DNA of 45,553 nucleotides from contig JAAYBO010000194.1 of the NCBI GenBank assembly GCA_012730095.1, positions 1 to 45,553 on the forward strand, given 5' to 3'. Positions 27,057-36,823 of the stretch are shown piece after piece. The stretch is from Clostridiaceae bacterium. Its GTDB lineage: Bacteria > Bacillota > Clostridia > DSM-8532. Within the stretch, counting starts at the first letter, position 1, and every line of letters starts with the position of its first letter. The notes below the pieces were generated by a model. The model searched no databases and was not told where the DNA came from. It saw nothing but the letters and a program-made list of their open reading frames with translations. The translations under genes and the position numbers were made by a program.

Positions 27057-27673
27057 ATTGCTCCTAATGTATCAAGCAATCGAATGTATGATTCTGTATC
27101 GGGCACAAGGAAGAAATCACCGATCACTCTATCTTTGCCTTCAATAAATTCTGTTTCTATGTACAAAACCGTATCGGTTGTTTTGCCAAATTCAATTGCA
27201 GGCACGCTTAATATCGCACCAGCCATGTCAATAGCTAATGCGGGAACATCCGGCTTAATAGTCAATCCGGTAAGAGCCGATAAAGCAGAAAGATAGGAAC
27301 TTGTCAATATATTTCCTATTTCTTTCAGGGCGGAAAGGGTTATTTCATTATATTCCATCTCTTCATCGGGTTTTTTACTCATAAGGATATTTACAAGTGT
27401 ATTGGCCGCACTTTGTTCCAAAACGAAAAGTATGTATCCGGAAATATCGCCCAAAACCGCCAACAGAATACCTACCACAGGCGTTTCCGCTCCGCCGAGC
27501 ACTTCGTTAACTTCACTGAACCCCATTATTCTTATTTGAGGAACTTTCATTTCAACCTTTTTGTTCAATAGCTTTGCCAAAGCTGTGGCAGCATTTCCTG
27601 CGCCGATATTTCCAATTTCCTTGAGCACGTCAAGATGGAAAGAGTTCAATAACGATAAATCCATTCCATTCAC
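27050..27673 (-). CDS. cheC: CheY-P phosphatase CheC
   Basis: Duplicated CheC signature: LKEIGNIGAGNAATAL and LKEIGNILTSSYLSAL. 207 aa. Confidence 0.85.
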   Translation of the reverse strand: MNGMDLSLLNSFHLDVLKEIGNIGAGNAATALAKLLNKKVEMKVPQIRIMGFSEVNEVLGGAETPVVGILLAVLGDISGYILFVLEQSAANTLVNILMSKKPDEEMEYNEITLSALKEIGNILTSSYLSALSALTGLTIKPDVPALAIDMAGAILSVPAIEFGKTTDTVLYIETEFIEGKDRVIGDFFLVPDTESYIRLLDTLGAMC

Positions 27674-27712
27674 CTTTCAAAATCAAACCGTTAAATGCCT
27701 GACAGCCGCATT

Positions 27713-28180
27713 CTATGCAGGCATCAATTCCGCTATAAGTTTTTCCAGGTTTATTATAGTAACAAGTTTTTCTTTCGCTTTTGCTACCCCGCTTATATAA
27801 TCAAGGGCTTTATCACTGATTATATTTCCAACGCCTTCTATCTGAATATCTTCAAATTGCATTACTTCAGATACCGAATCGACGATTACACCAAAAGTAA
27901 CATTATCTACATTGAATATAATTATTCTTGTGTCATCATCCTCGTCAATCTCATTAAGCCCAAGTTTAAGCCTTAAGCTCATTACGGGAATAATTTCGCC
28001 GCGGAGGTTTATAACGCCTTTAATATAAGGCGGTGTCATCGGGACTCTTGTTATGTTCATTGACCGTTCAATTATTGTTACCTTGTTTATATCCGCACCA
28101 TATTCCTCAGTATCCAGACAAAATACAACAAATTGTTTTTTTTCAGCTTCCACTATCCCAATCCTCCCTTGCCAAACCAC
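27713..28180 (-). CDS. cheW: Chemotaxis coupling protein CheW
   Basis: CheW domain: FVVFCLDTEEYGADINKV...VINLRGEIIPV...FGVIVDSVSEV. The start is uncertain; a GTG 33 nt downstream of the first ATG has a better RBS (GGGAGG). Confidence 0.9.
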   Translation of the reverse strand: MVWQGRIGIVEAEKKQFVVFCLDTEEYGADINKVTIIERSMNITRVPMTPPYIKGVINLRGEIIPVMSLRLKLGLNEIDEDDDTRIIIFNVDNVTFGVIVDSVSEVMQFEDIQIEGVGNIISDKALDYISGVAKAKEKLVTIINLEKLIAELMPA

Positions 28181-28195
28181 AATAAAAGCACAATC

Positions 28196-30247
28196 CTATG
28201 CAATGGAATTTACATCAATAATAAGCGCAACATTACCGTCACCCAAAATAGTTGCTCCGGCTACGCAGCGTATACCGGCTAAAAGCTTTCCGAGCGACTT
28301 TATTACAATCTCCTGCTGACCGATTAACGAATCAACAATAAACCCTGATAATTTATCTCCTTTTTTTACAACAACACAGGTTAGCTGTTTTTGGTCCGCT
28401 TTTTCTGGAGGCACTCCCAATATATCATGAAGCCGTATAATTGGTATTACCATGTCCCTTAGAAGTATGACCTCCTGATTCCTGACGTTTTTTATATCAT
28501 CAGGATAGATATTATTAATTTCTCTTATCGAACTTAACGGAATAGCATATTTTTCGGACCCCACCATTACAAGCAGTGCTTGAATGATAGCGAGGGTAAG
28601 AGGCAGGCGGATAATTGTTTTACTGCCCTTTCCAAATTCGGTTTCCAGTTCGATTGTTCCTCCAAGAGCTTCAATTTTTGTTTTTACAACATCAAGCCCG
28701 ACACCGCGCCCTGACAGGTCGGTTACCGTATCCGCAGTGCTGAAATTTGGCTCGAAAAGGTATCCAATAACTTCATTTGCCGTCATATTAGCCGCAGCTT
28801 CTTCTTCCTCAAAACCTCTTTCAATAATCTTCTTTCGGACCTTTTCAACATCTATTCCCATACCATCGTCTTCTACTTCGATTACAACATTATTTCCGTC
28901 CTGGTATGCCCTCAGCCATATACTCCCTGTTTTGCTTTTACCCTTCGCAGCGCGTTCCTCTGGCTTCTCGAGACCATGGTCGGCCGAATTGCGTATGATA
29001 TGTATAAGAGGCTCTCCGATCTCATCGATTACTGTTCTGTCAAGTTCTGTTTCTTCCCCGGACATATACAGAACAATATCTTTTTCCAATTCTTTGGATA
29101 TATCCCTGACCATTCTTGGAAAGCGGTTAAAGACATTTTCAACCGGCACCATCCTTACCTTCATAACCGCATCATGCAAACTTGTTGTTATGCGCTCAAG
29201 GTTTTCAAGGGCGGTAATATAATCATTTGTTTTTTCGCCTGTTCCAACATCATCAAGCCTTGTTTTTATAATTATCAATTCACTTACGAGATTCATTAAT
29301 ACATCCAATCTGTCAATATCAACACGAACCGTTTTATTGGTAAGCCTTTTAGTGGTACCGGTTCTCTGAACCTGAGCTGTTGAATCCGAAGCCGCCGTAT
29401 CAGGTTTTTCTTCCTTCAGGTACTCCTCGTCATCTTCGTCTTGTATAATGTTCTCGGTATGCTTTTCGGTAATGCTTACAACCTCAACATTCCGAACCTC
29501 GGCGACAGAATTCAGTTCCTTTTCAAAAAGGGATGCATCATGTTTTGTAATAACCATTACCGTAAATGAATTATCAAACCTTTCATCTTCAATATCCTCG
29601 ACTGAAGGCATCGATTTCATTATCTCAGAGTATTTATCAAGAGTCTGAAATATAAGAAATGCTCTTGCCGCCTTTAGAAGACATTTCTTATCAAGTTCAA
29701 CATGTATCTGGAATACATTCATTGACTCTTCAATGGCTTTAAGAATTACATTTTTGTCATATATATTTAAATTAAGCCTTAATTCTTTGTCATTTTGAGC
29801 AATACTATTGTCCTCTGTTTTCTTTTTTGCCTTCTTTTTTTTGATTTGAGTTTTTGTATTGGGAGACTTATCCAAAATATCTGTTAGAGATTTAATAATC
29901 TCCTTGTATTCCTGTTCGCCTTCTCCGCCCGTTGAGATAACTTCATTCACATATCCCTCAAGAGCGTCCAAACACTTGAATAATATGTCAACAACCGCCA
30001 TGTCTGCTTTAATTCTTTTGCTCCGCAACGCGTCAAGAACATTCTCCATATCATGTGTCAAATTGGTCATATGGGAAAAACCCATTGTTCCCGCCATTCC
30101 TTTTAATGTGTGCGCAACCCTGAATATTTCATTCAATACGGTTATATTATTCGGGTCCTTTTCCAATTCGAGCAAAGAAGTGTTCAGACTTTGCAAATGC
30201 TCTTTCGATTCTTCAACAAAAACATCAAGATACTGGTTCATGTCCAT
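28196..30247 (-). CDS. cheA: Chemotaxis histidine kinase CheA
   Basis: Hpt domain with the phospho-His context FRVAHTLKGMAG. Also a dimerisation domain, HATPase boxes (IRNSADHG, DDGMGID, GRGVGLDVV) and a C-terminal CheW-like domain. ATG at 30247 follows GGGGGTG. Confidence 0.95.
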   Translation of the reverse strand: MDMNQYLDVFVEESKEHLQSLNTSLLELEKDPNNITVLNEIFRVAHTLKGMAGTMGFSHMTNLTHDMENVLDALRSKRIKADMAVVDILFKCLDALEGYVNEVISTGGEGEQEYKEIIKSLTDILDKSPNTKTQIKKKKAKKKTEDNSIAQNDKELRLNLNIYDKNVILKAIEESMNVFQIHVELDKKCLLKAARAFLIFQTLDKYSEIMKSMPSVEDIEDERFDNSFTVMVITKHDASLFEKELNSVAEVRNVEVVSITEKHTENIIQDEDDEEYLKEEKPDTAASDSTAQVQRTGTTKRLTNKTVRVDIDRLDVLMNLVSELIIIKTRLDDVGTGEKTNDYITALENLERITTSLHDAVMKVRMVPVENVFNRFPRMVRDISKELEKDIVLYMSGEETELDRTVIDEIGEPLIHIIRNSADHGLEKPEERAAKGKSKTGSIWLRAYQDGNNVVIEVEDDGMGIDVEKVRKKIIERGFEEEEAAANMTANEVIGYLFEPNFSTADTVTDLSGRGVGLDVVKTKIEALGGTIELETEFGKGSKTIIRLPLTLAIIQALLVMVGSEKYAIPLSSIREINNIYPDDIKNVRNQEVILLRDMVIPIIRLHDILGVPPEKADQKQLTCVVVKKGDKLSGFIVDSLIGQQEIVIKSLGKLLAGIRCVAGATILGDGNVALIIDVNSIA

Positions 30248-31307
30248 TATCCCGCACCCCCATATAGTTGAGTATTGCAACAGGTATCTGCTCTAAGGGA
30301 ACTACCTTATCCACAATTCCCATTTCAATGGCTGTTCTTGGCATACCATATACAATACAGGACTGTTCATCCTGTGCAATTATCCGAATACCAGCTTTTT
30401 CTTTAAGTACTTTCAGTCCTTTTGATCCGTCCGTGCCCATTCCTGTCATAATTACGCCTACAATATTCTTCTTCCCTATCTTGCTCATTGAAAACAACGT
30501 TTTGTCAAAACTGGGGCGGTGACCCGAAACCGGGCTGGACTCATCTAATCGGAGTATTATATCATTACCGCGCTTTGTAAGTAAAAGATGCCTGTCTCCC
30601 GGAGCAATATATACAAACCCTGCTTTCATAAGCTCTTTGTCTTCAGCTTCTTTTACGGTCATTTCACTTATATCGTTCAATCTTGAGGCCAGGGAACGTG
30701 TGAACCCCTGAGGCATATGCTGCACAACAACTACTGCCGCAGGCAAATCTCCGGGCAGAAAAGGGATAACTCTTTGCAAAGCCCTTGGACCTCCCGTTGA
30801 TGTTCCAATAGCAATAATCTTTTCTATTGTTGGTGCTTTTGTGCCAATAAACTGCTTTTTCTTTATATCGGCTTTTTTTGATAAATTTATAAGCCCGGCC
30901 TCTTTTGCTATTTTAACCTTTTGGATTAGCTCTTTTCTTTTTTCTTCCGTGGAAATCTGAAATATGTTGCTGGGCTTTGTAATAAAATCTACAGCACCTA
31001 TATTAAGAGCTTCAATTGTGGCTTTAGCACCTTCCGTTGTCACAGCGCTTATCATTATTACTGCATATTCACCTTGCTTAAGTAAACGTTTCAGGCAGTC
31101 GAGCCCATTCATTACAGGCATTTCAATATCAAGCGTAATTACATCAGGCTTTACTAATGCGGCAATATCAAGCGCCTCTCTGCCATTTTTTGCAACGCCA
31201 ACCACTTTGATTTCAGGATCGGAATCAAATATGTCATGAAGCACCTTTCTTATAAAAGGAGAATCATCTACAATTAATACCCTTATAATGTTTGAGCTTT
31301 TTATCAT
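30225..31307 (-). CDS. cheB: Protein-glutamate methylesterase/deamidase CheB
   Basis: Receiver domain (RVLIVDDS, DIEMPVMNG) and a methylesterase domain (GTSTGGP, QHMP, GMGTDG). The start overlaps the pilZ-gene stop (ATGA). Confidence 0.95.
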   Translation of the reverse strand: MIKSSNIIRVLIVDDSPFIRKVLHDIFDSDPEIKVVGVAKNGREALDIAALVKPDVITLDIEMPVMNGLDCLKRLLKQGEYAVIMISAVTTEGAKATIEALNIGAVDFITKPSNIFQISTEEKRKELIQKVKIAKEAGLINLSKKADIKKKQFIGTKAPTIEKIIAIGTSTGGPRALQRVIPFLPGDLPAAVVVVQHMPQGFTRSLASRLNDISEMTVKEAEDKELMKAGFVYIAPGDRHLLLTKRGNDIILRLDESSPVSGHRPSFDKTLFSMSKIGKKNIVGVIMTGMGTDGSKGLKVLKEKAGIRIIAQDEQSCIVYGMPRTAIEMGIVDKVVPLEQIPVAILNYMGVRDNGHEPVS

Positions 31308-31987
31308 TCCTTAAACCAGCCTCTTTTCAGACGAGCACGCTGCACTTCAAATATGTAGCCAATTATTTTCTCCCGATCTCTGTTTTCAATCTTTTTATAC
31401 TCAACACCTGTTTCATACATGAGTTTACCTCTTTTTTTTATTGCATTTGAACGCACTATTTTTCCTACAAAACGGATTTCATTATCCAGTTGAATAAAGG
31501 CTTCAATATAGGATGATTTTTTCAGCTTTTCATCCGTTAGCATACAAATTCCGCCGCCGCTTATATCTTTCGTTTTTACTTCGGAAAACTCCCCTTTAAT
31601 CTCATCATCCGGGATATTTTCATCAAATATTCGGTACCTTACATTAAGGGTGCAGTCCATGCGGAAAAAGGCTCTTCGCTGTATCTTCCTTATTGGCGTT
31701 ACAGGTTTTACTTTTATCATCGCGATATTACCCTGGTTAAACCTTTGAATCGCCTCTCCTTTGAACATATATGTGTCATTTTCCTTCGAAAAGATCACAT
31801 CCATAACCATATACTGATGCACCGGATAAATATTCCCTTCATAAAACGGCGCAAGTATTTCCACAACATTACTTTCTTCGTCATATGTTTCATATTGGCT
31901 TACAAGAGCGGGATGGATCCTGTTTCCGTCTTCATCATACAATTCCAGTTCAATTTTTGTCCCCAATCCAATTTGCCGGTATTTCAT
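31304..31987 (-). CDS. PilZ-domain protein (YcgR/MotI-like flagellar brake candidate)
   Basis: An N-terminal YcgR-like barrel followed by the PilZ c-di-GMP motifs QRRAFFR and DISGGG. Confidence 0.8.
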   Translation of the reverse strand: MKYRQIGLGTKIELELYDEDGNRIHPALVSQYETYDEESNVVEILAPFYEGNIYPVHQYMVMDVIFSKENDTYMFKGEAIQRFNQGNIAMIKVKPVTPIRKIQRRAFFRMDCTLNVRYRIFDENIPDDEIKGEFSEVKTKDISGGGICMLTDEKLKKSSYIEAFIQLDNEIRFVGKIVRSNAIKKRGKLMYETGVEYKKIENRDREKIIGYIFEVQRARLKRGWFKE

Positions 31988-32011
31988 TTTGCCTCCAAGA
32001 CTATTTATTTC

Positions 32012-32905
32012 TCAATTACCACTAAAAGCACCAATCAGCCTGTTGAAAAATCCTTTTACTCCCTTGGCGGTACCTTCATTATATTCTCTCACGTTTTCCG
32101 TAAGAAGATTTCCCGCCAAATCCCAAACCTGCTTAGAAACTTGACTTTTAGGATAAATTAAACAAAACGGCCTTTGCTGCTTGACAGATTTCGGCACAAT
32201 ATCATCATATAATAGATACCCAAGTTTTTGAAGCTTGAAAGATAAAAATCTGTCGGAAACCATATATAATTTCGACAAAACATCATTTGCTTCCTGTACT
32301 GAATCGGCTTTATTTACAACAACTCTTATTATCTTATGGCGGTCTTTTCTTGAAACAAGCTTAATCAGGGCGTACGCGTCGGTAATTGCCGTAGGCTCCG
32401 GCGTTGTTATTAGGATAACTTCATCGGCTGCCATGATAAAACTCATTACATTTCCCGAAAGGCCTGCCCCAGTATCTATTAATATAACATCAAACAGCTT
32501 GTCTAACAGTGAAATGTTTGAAATAAACCTGCCAAGCTGATTCGTGCGAAGCTGAAGCAGTTCTTCCACCCCGGATCCTCCTGAAAGAAATTTTACATTA
32601 TCAGGTCCATCGGATAAAACATCAAAAATACTTTTGTTTCCGCGCATCAAATCCAGTATCGTATATTTCGTGCTCATTCCAAGCAGCACATCAATATTAG
32701 CAAGCCCGAAGTCGACATCAAGTATAACAACCCTAAGGCCCATTTTGCTAAGTGCTATGGCCAGGTTAACCGTAAGGTTCGTTTTACCCACCCCGCCCTT
32801 TCCGCTTGTAACTGTAATTACTCTTGCGGCGTTTGACGTTTTCGCTTGTTCAGGAATATTAAAATAATCGACTATCCTTCTGAGCTTTTCAGCTTGATCG
32901 CTCAT
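32012..32905 (-). CDS. flhG: Flagellar number regulator FlhG (YlxH), MinD/ParA-type ATPase
   Basis: Deviant Walker A SGKGGVGKTN, MinD-like body, position after flhF. Confidence 0.85.
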   Translation of the reverse strand: MSDQAEKLRRIVDYFNIPEQAKTSNAARVITVTSGKGGVGKTNLTVNLAIALSKMGLRVVILDVDFGLANIDVLLGMSTKYTILDLMRGNKSIFDVLSDGPDNVKFLSGGSGVEELLQLRTNQLGRFISNISLLDKLFDVILIDTGAGLSGNVMSFIMAADEVILITTPEPTAITDAYALIKLVSRKDRHKIIRVVVNKADSVQEANDVLSKLYMVSDRFLSFKLQKLGYLLYDDIVPKSVKQQRPFCLIYPKSQVSKQVWDLAGNLLTENVREYNEGTAKGVKGFFNRLIGAFSGN

Positions 32906-32967
32906 ATATAACCCCTCGTATGTACTGATTGCATCGCCTGTTTTTTGGTAAGAATTAACGGACTTTA

Positions 32968-34206
32968 TCAGCTTGTTCTTAAAATGCTTTTTACTATATT
33001 TTCAACATTTGCAACTTCAATATCATCCGGAACACATTGCCCTGCCGTTGTATACGACAATCTCTTACCCGTCGCATACCTAATATTTAGTATTATACCG
33101 GGAACCGGAGCTTCATCAAGTTTGGTAAAAAGGAGTTTATAATTTTTTAAAAAACCGTAGTGGCTTATAATCTCTTTGCAAGCCGTCCTTCCCAAATTGC
33201 AGCTTAATACGAGGAATACCTCATCGGCTTGCGCGGATGCAACGAGCATTTTAAGCTCTGCGAACTGTTCGGCGTTCTTATGGCTTCTGCCCGCGGTATC
33301 AACAAGAATCAAATCCTTGTCGGAGTAATTTAATATCGCTTCTTTTATCTCCTCGGGAGTATATATTACGGAAATAGGAATATTTAAAATCTCAGCATAC
33401 GTTTTTAACTGCTCCACAGCCGCTATCCTATATGTATCAGCAGTGATAAAACCAATCTTTTTTTCATGATTCAGCGAATAGTCTGCGGCAATTTTCGCAA
33501 GTGTCGTTGTTTTTCCCACCCCGGTTGGCCCCAAAAAAATAACAACAGTTGGTTTTCCGTCTTCCCTGAAACTAATTGTCTGCGGCTCGCCAAGTATATT
33601 AACGAGTATCTTCCGGGCCGCTCCAAAAAGATCATTGATACTGCCCGGGTTTTTCACAAGCTGCTTTATCTTCTCCAGCATTCTATCTATAATAACCGGC
33701 TCAATTTCACTTTCCGCCAATACCCTCTCAAAAGATTTATACATATCAGTGCCTGTTTGGCTTACAGTTTGCTGAACTTTTACAGCTTCGGAGCGTATAG
33801 TGTCGGCCGCACCATGAGCTTCTCTTTTTTCTTTTTGTTCCTGTGTTTTTTCTTTAACCACATCCGTATATATCTTATTAAGCATTGACTCCATCTGTTT
33901 TAACTTCGATTCAAGCAGACTAACCCTGTCGTTCTCTTCCCGGACAGAGTCCACTGTAGACTCTTGACCGTAAAAACCCGCAGTTTTCCTGATTTTGGCC
34001 GAAGGCGCCGGCTTATCATTTTTTTTATTCCCGTAATCGTCATCAATTGCCGCAAGAACCTCAGTTAATGGTTTTTTAAGAAAGCCAAAAATGCCCTTCT
34101 TCTTAATTTTCCTGGTGCTTAATATCACCGCTTCGCTTCCGAGATCCATTTTTACCTTTAACATTGCTTCCTGGGCGTCTTTACCCGTATACCGCCGAAT
34201 TCGCAT
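32968..34206 (-). CDS. flhF: Flagellar biosynthesis GTPase FlhF (SRP-type)
   Basis: ATG at 34206 follows GGAGG. G-motifs GPTGVGKTTT, DTAGR and TKLD. Confidence 0.9.
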   Translation of the reverse strand: MRIRRYTGKDAQEAMLKVKMDLGSEAVILSTRKIKKKGIFGFLKKPLTEVLAAIDDDYGNKKNDKPAPSAKIRKTAGFYGQESTVDSVREENDRVSLLESKLKQMESMLNKIYTDVVKEKTQEQKEKREAHGAADTIRSEAVKVQQTVSQTGTDMYKSFERVLAESEIEPVIIDRMLEKIKQLVKNPGSINDLFGAARKILVNILGEPQTISFREDGKPTVVIFLGPTGVGKTTTLAKIAADYSLNHEKKIGFITADTYRIAAVEQLKTYAEILNIPISVIYTPEEIKEAILNYSDKDLILVDTAGRSHKNAEQFAELKMLVASAQADEVFLVLSCNLGRTACKEIISHYGFLKNYKLLFTKLDEAPVPGIILNIRYATGKRLSYTTAGQCVPDDIEVANVENIVKSILRTS

Positions 34207-34222
34207 ATTTCCTCCATTACGC

Positions 34223-36253
34223 TTATGATACTGATACCATTCCAACCGAATTTATTTCCATGCCCGGATCCAGTTCATTGTATGATAAAACCACAAGACC
34301 TGGTATTGATTGCTCCGTAAGCCGTTTGAAATATAACCGCACAACAGGCGATGCAAGGACAACAGGCTGTTTACCCAGTTGAACAATTTTTTCAACATGC
34401 TTGACAAGATTGTTTATTATTTTATTTATAACGGATGGCTCAATAGTCAGGTATGATCCAACCTCGGTTTTTTGTACGGAATCCATTATCATTTGTTCCA
34501 ATTGAGGATCAATTGTTATAACATCGGAATTCTCCGGAGTGATAAACGCTCTTGATATGGCCCTTCCAAGTGCCTGCCTGACATATTCGGTAAGCATGTC
34601 CGTATCGCGGGTAACCGGAGCATAATCAGCAAGCGTTTCTAAAATTGTAACCATATCACGTATTGACACCCCTTCACGCAGCAGATTCGCAAGTACTTTC
34701 TGTACTTCTCCGAGAGAAAGCTGTTTGGGAACCAGTTCCTCTACAATTGCCGGGTATGAATTTTTAACATTATCCAGTAACGTTTGAACATCCTGCCGGC
34801 CAAGTAGTTCATGGGCATGTTTTTTAATAACCTCGGTCATATGCGTTGCAATAATGGAAGGCGGATCGACAACAGTGTAACCGAGCATTTCAGCTATGTC
34901 ACGCTGGCTTTCGGTAATCCAGATCGCCGGCAGCCCGAAAGCCGGTTCCGCAGTAGGTATCCCATCTATCTCTTCTTCTGCGGTACCAGGGTTCATCGCC
35001 ATAAAATGATCCATCATCAATTCACCGCTTGAAACCTCTACGCCCTTTATTTTTATCACATATTGGCTGGGGCTTAGCTGTATATTGTCACGCAGCCGGA
35101 TAATTGGAACAATCATTCCAAGCTCAAGCGCAAGCTGCCTTCTTATCATAACCACCCTGTCAAGAAGGTCACCGCCCTGGTTGACATCAGCCAAAGGAAT
35201 TATTCCATATCCGAATTCAAGCTCAATCGGGTCAACGTGCAAAAGAGATACAACATTTTCAGGCTTTCGTATTTCCTCTACCTTCATTTCTTCAGTAACA
35301 ACCTCGCCCTTCTCAAGCTCTTCCTTTTCTATCGCGCTTAACCGCGCACCGAGATATATGAGAAAAATAGCTACAACAATCATAAAAAACTGGCCAATAA
35401 TAAATGTCATTACAAAACACGCACCGGCGGCAATATACAAAACCTTCGGGTTGCTTATTAACTGGGTTACTATTTCCTGTCCAAGATCATCCTCCGAAGC
35501 CGCGCGTGTTACAATTATTCCGGTAGCAATCGATATCAACAGCGAAGGTACCTGGCTTACAAGCCCATCACCAATAGTTAGTATTGTATATTTTGTCAGT
35601 ACTTGTGCGACTGTAAGACCGGCTCCCTGTGTCATTCCCATAATAAAACCACCAATAATATTTAAAGCGGTGGCAATAAATCCAAAAATTGCATCGTTTT
35701 TAACAAATTTACTTGCACCGTCCATGGAGCCATAAAAATCCGCTTCTCTTTGGATTCTTTTCCGTCTTTCCTTTGCTTCGGATTCGTTTATCAAACCACT
35801 GTTAAGATCCGCATCGATTGCCATCTGTTTTCCGGGCATTGCGTCAAGTGTAAAGCGGGCTGCGACTTCTGAAACTCGCTCCGCGCCTTTTGTTATGACA
35901 AGGAATTGAACAATCATAATAATAAGGAATACTATCGCGCCGACTACAACATTATTGCCCCCGACAAATTCTCCAAAGCTCTGGATAACCTTTCCGGCTT
36001 CGCCCTGTCCAATGATAAGCCTTGTGGACGCAACATTCAAAGCCAGCCGGTATAAAGTTGTAAACAGTAATATCGTAGGGAAAGCCGACATCGACAAAGC
36101 ATCTTTTGCATAGATCGCATTTAGAAGGATTAATAACGCAAGGGTTAGATTAATAACCAGCAGAATGTCCAATAACAACATGGGCATAGGAACAAGGATA
36201 ACTAAAAGTATAATTACGGCCCATACCGCTATTAGAACACTTTTAATGCCCAT
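34223..36253 (-). CDS. flhA: Flagellar type III export apparatus protein FlhA
   Basis: ATG at 36253 (MGIKS...) follows ACGGAGG, while the longer track ORF has no RBS. Conserved FHIPEP-type N-terminal membrane domain (RFTLDAMPGKQMAIDADL) and a large cytoplasmic domain. Confidence 0.95.
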   Translation of the reverse strand: MGIKSVLIAVWAVIILLVILVPMPMLLLDILLVINLTLALLILLNAIYAKDALSMSAFPTILLFTTLYRLALNVASTRLIIGQGEAGKVIQSFGEFVGGNNVVVGAIVFLIIMIVQFLVITKGAERVSEVAARFTLDAMPGKQMAIDADLNSGLINESEAKERRKRIQREADFYGSMDGASKFVKNDAIFGFIATALNIIGGFIMGMTQGAGLTVAQVLTKYTILTIGDGLVSQVPSLLISIATGIIVTRAASEDDLGQEIVTQLISNPKVLYIAAGACFVMTFIIGQFFMIVVAIFLIYLGARLSAIEKEELEKGEVVTEEMKVEEIRKPENVVSLLHVDPIELEFGYGIIPLADVNQGGDLLDRVVMIRRQLALELGMIVPIIRLRDNIQLSPSQYVIKIKGVEVSSGELMMDHFMAMNPGTAEEEIDGIPTAEPAFGLPAIWITESQRDIAEMLGYTVVDPPSIIATHMTEVIKKHAHELLGRQDVQTLLDNVKNSYPAIVEELVPKQLSLGEVQKVLANLLREGVSIRDMVTILETLADYAPVTRDTDMLTEYVRQALGRAISRAFITPENSDVITIDPQLEQMIMDSVQKTEVGSYLTIEPSVINKIINNLVKHVEKIVQLGKQPVVLASPVVRLYFKRLTEQSIPGLVVLSYNELDPGMEINSVGMVSVS

Positions 36254-36381
36254 ATCTATCCTCCGTACTTTATTGATCAGGGTTGGCCAAACAAAACGCA
36301 AAGAATTCCTTGGCAAAAGCATAAGGATTTTATCTGTTCAACAAGCCCCAATCATCATTAGTAAAAACATTATCACATATT

Positions 36382-36410
36382 ATTTTACTTTATTTTTACA
36401 AAATAAACAA
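36382..36410 (-). promoter_or_regulatory. Candidate sigma-A promoter for flhA (TTGTTT-17-TAAAAT)
   Basis: On the minus strand, -35 at 36410-36405 and -10 at 36387-36382, about 125 nt upstream of the flhA ATG. The DNA is AT-rich, so this could be a chance match. Confidence 0.3.
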
Positions 36411-36444
36411 GATAGGATATTATTCGATATTTTTCTAAACAATA

Positions 36445-36576
36445 ATTCCGGGCCCTGCTTTGGGTGTTTCGTTTCCTTAAGTGACAAAGAACATACCAAT
36501 AGCACGCTTTAGGTCCTTTTTATTTCTAATGAGGGGTCTCCATATCCCAGGCCGCTCATTTACCCGCTCCACTTTT
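36445..36576 (-). repeat. Copy 2 of the ~135-nt GC-rich repeat (inverted relative to 21864-22000)
   Basis: The reverse complement aligns with 21864-22000 (see copy 1). The strand given is relative to copy 1; the functional strand is unknown. Confidence 0.7.
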
Positions 36577-36665
36577 GCGATTTATGTTAATTAAACAATT
36601 TCTTGTTCACAAAAAGACAAACTGCTCAATATGATAATAGTAGATTAACATAAGGAGGTTTGGAT

Positions 36666-36797
36666 ATGGATAATGTTGGCGTAAGAGGCTTATTCGGCAA
36701 GCGCTGTGACAGCGAAATACTTTTTTTCATAATCCTTTTCCTGCTTCTGTTCTTTGACGATAGTTGCTGCAGAAGGTCTGGCAGGTTTTTTGATTAA
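36666..36797 (+). CDS. Candidate 43-aa hydrophobic Cys-containing peptide
   Basis: AAGGAGG lies 7 nt before the ATG. Sequence MDNVGVRGLFGKRCDSEILFFIILFLLLFFDDSCCRRSGRFFD. A plus-strand terminator lies 27 nt after the stop. It is below the ORF-track cutoff, and no homology check was possible. Confidence 0.4.
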   Translation: MDNVGVRGLFGKRCDSEILFFIILFLLLFFDDSCCRRSGRFFD

Positions 36798-36823
36798 TCG
36801 CCGTTAAGCTTATGTTAACTTCG

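Noticed and set aside
28584-29299. 212-aa and 107-aa plus-strand ORFs inside cheA (similar cases: 35085-35735 inside flhA, 23869-24258 inside fapA)
   Set aside because: They are antisense to well-supported genes, with biased Ser/Ile/Pro composition and no ribosome-binding sites.
21864-36576. Whether the two repeat copies could be a DGR template/variable repeat pair, att sites of an island, or transposon ends
   Set aside because: Mismatches are not adenine-specific, and no reverse transcriptase is present, which rules out a DGR. att sites would be direct repeats, not inverted. The enclosed DNA is core flagellar/chemotaxis genes with no transposase or integrase.
36445-36576. c-di-GMP (GEMM-I/II) or another known riboswitch upstream of flhA
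   Set aside because: The idea is attractive because clostridial flagellar operons can carry c-di-GMP riboswitches. However, I could not find the GEMM-I or GEMM-II conserved cores, or the SAM, TPP, FMN, glycine, lysine, ZTP, ykkC or yybP consensus elements, on either strand.
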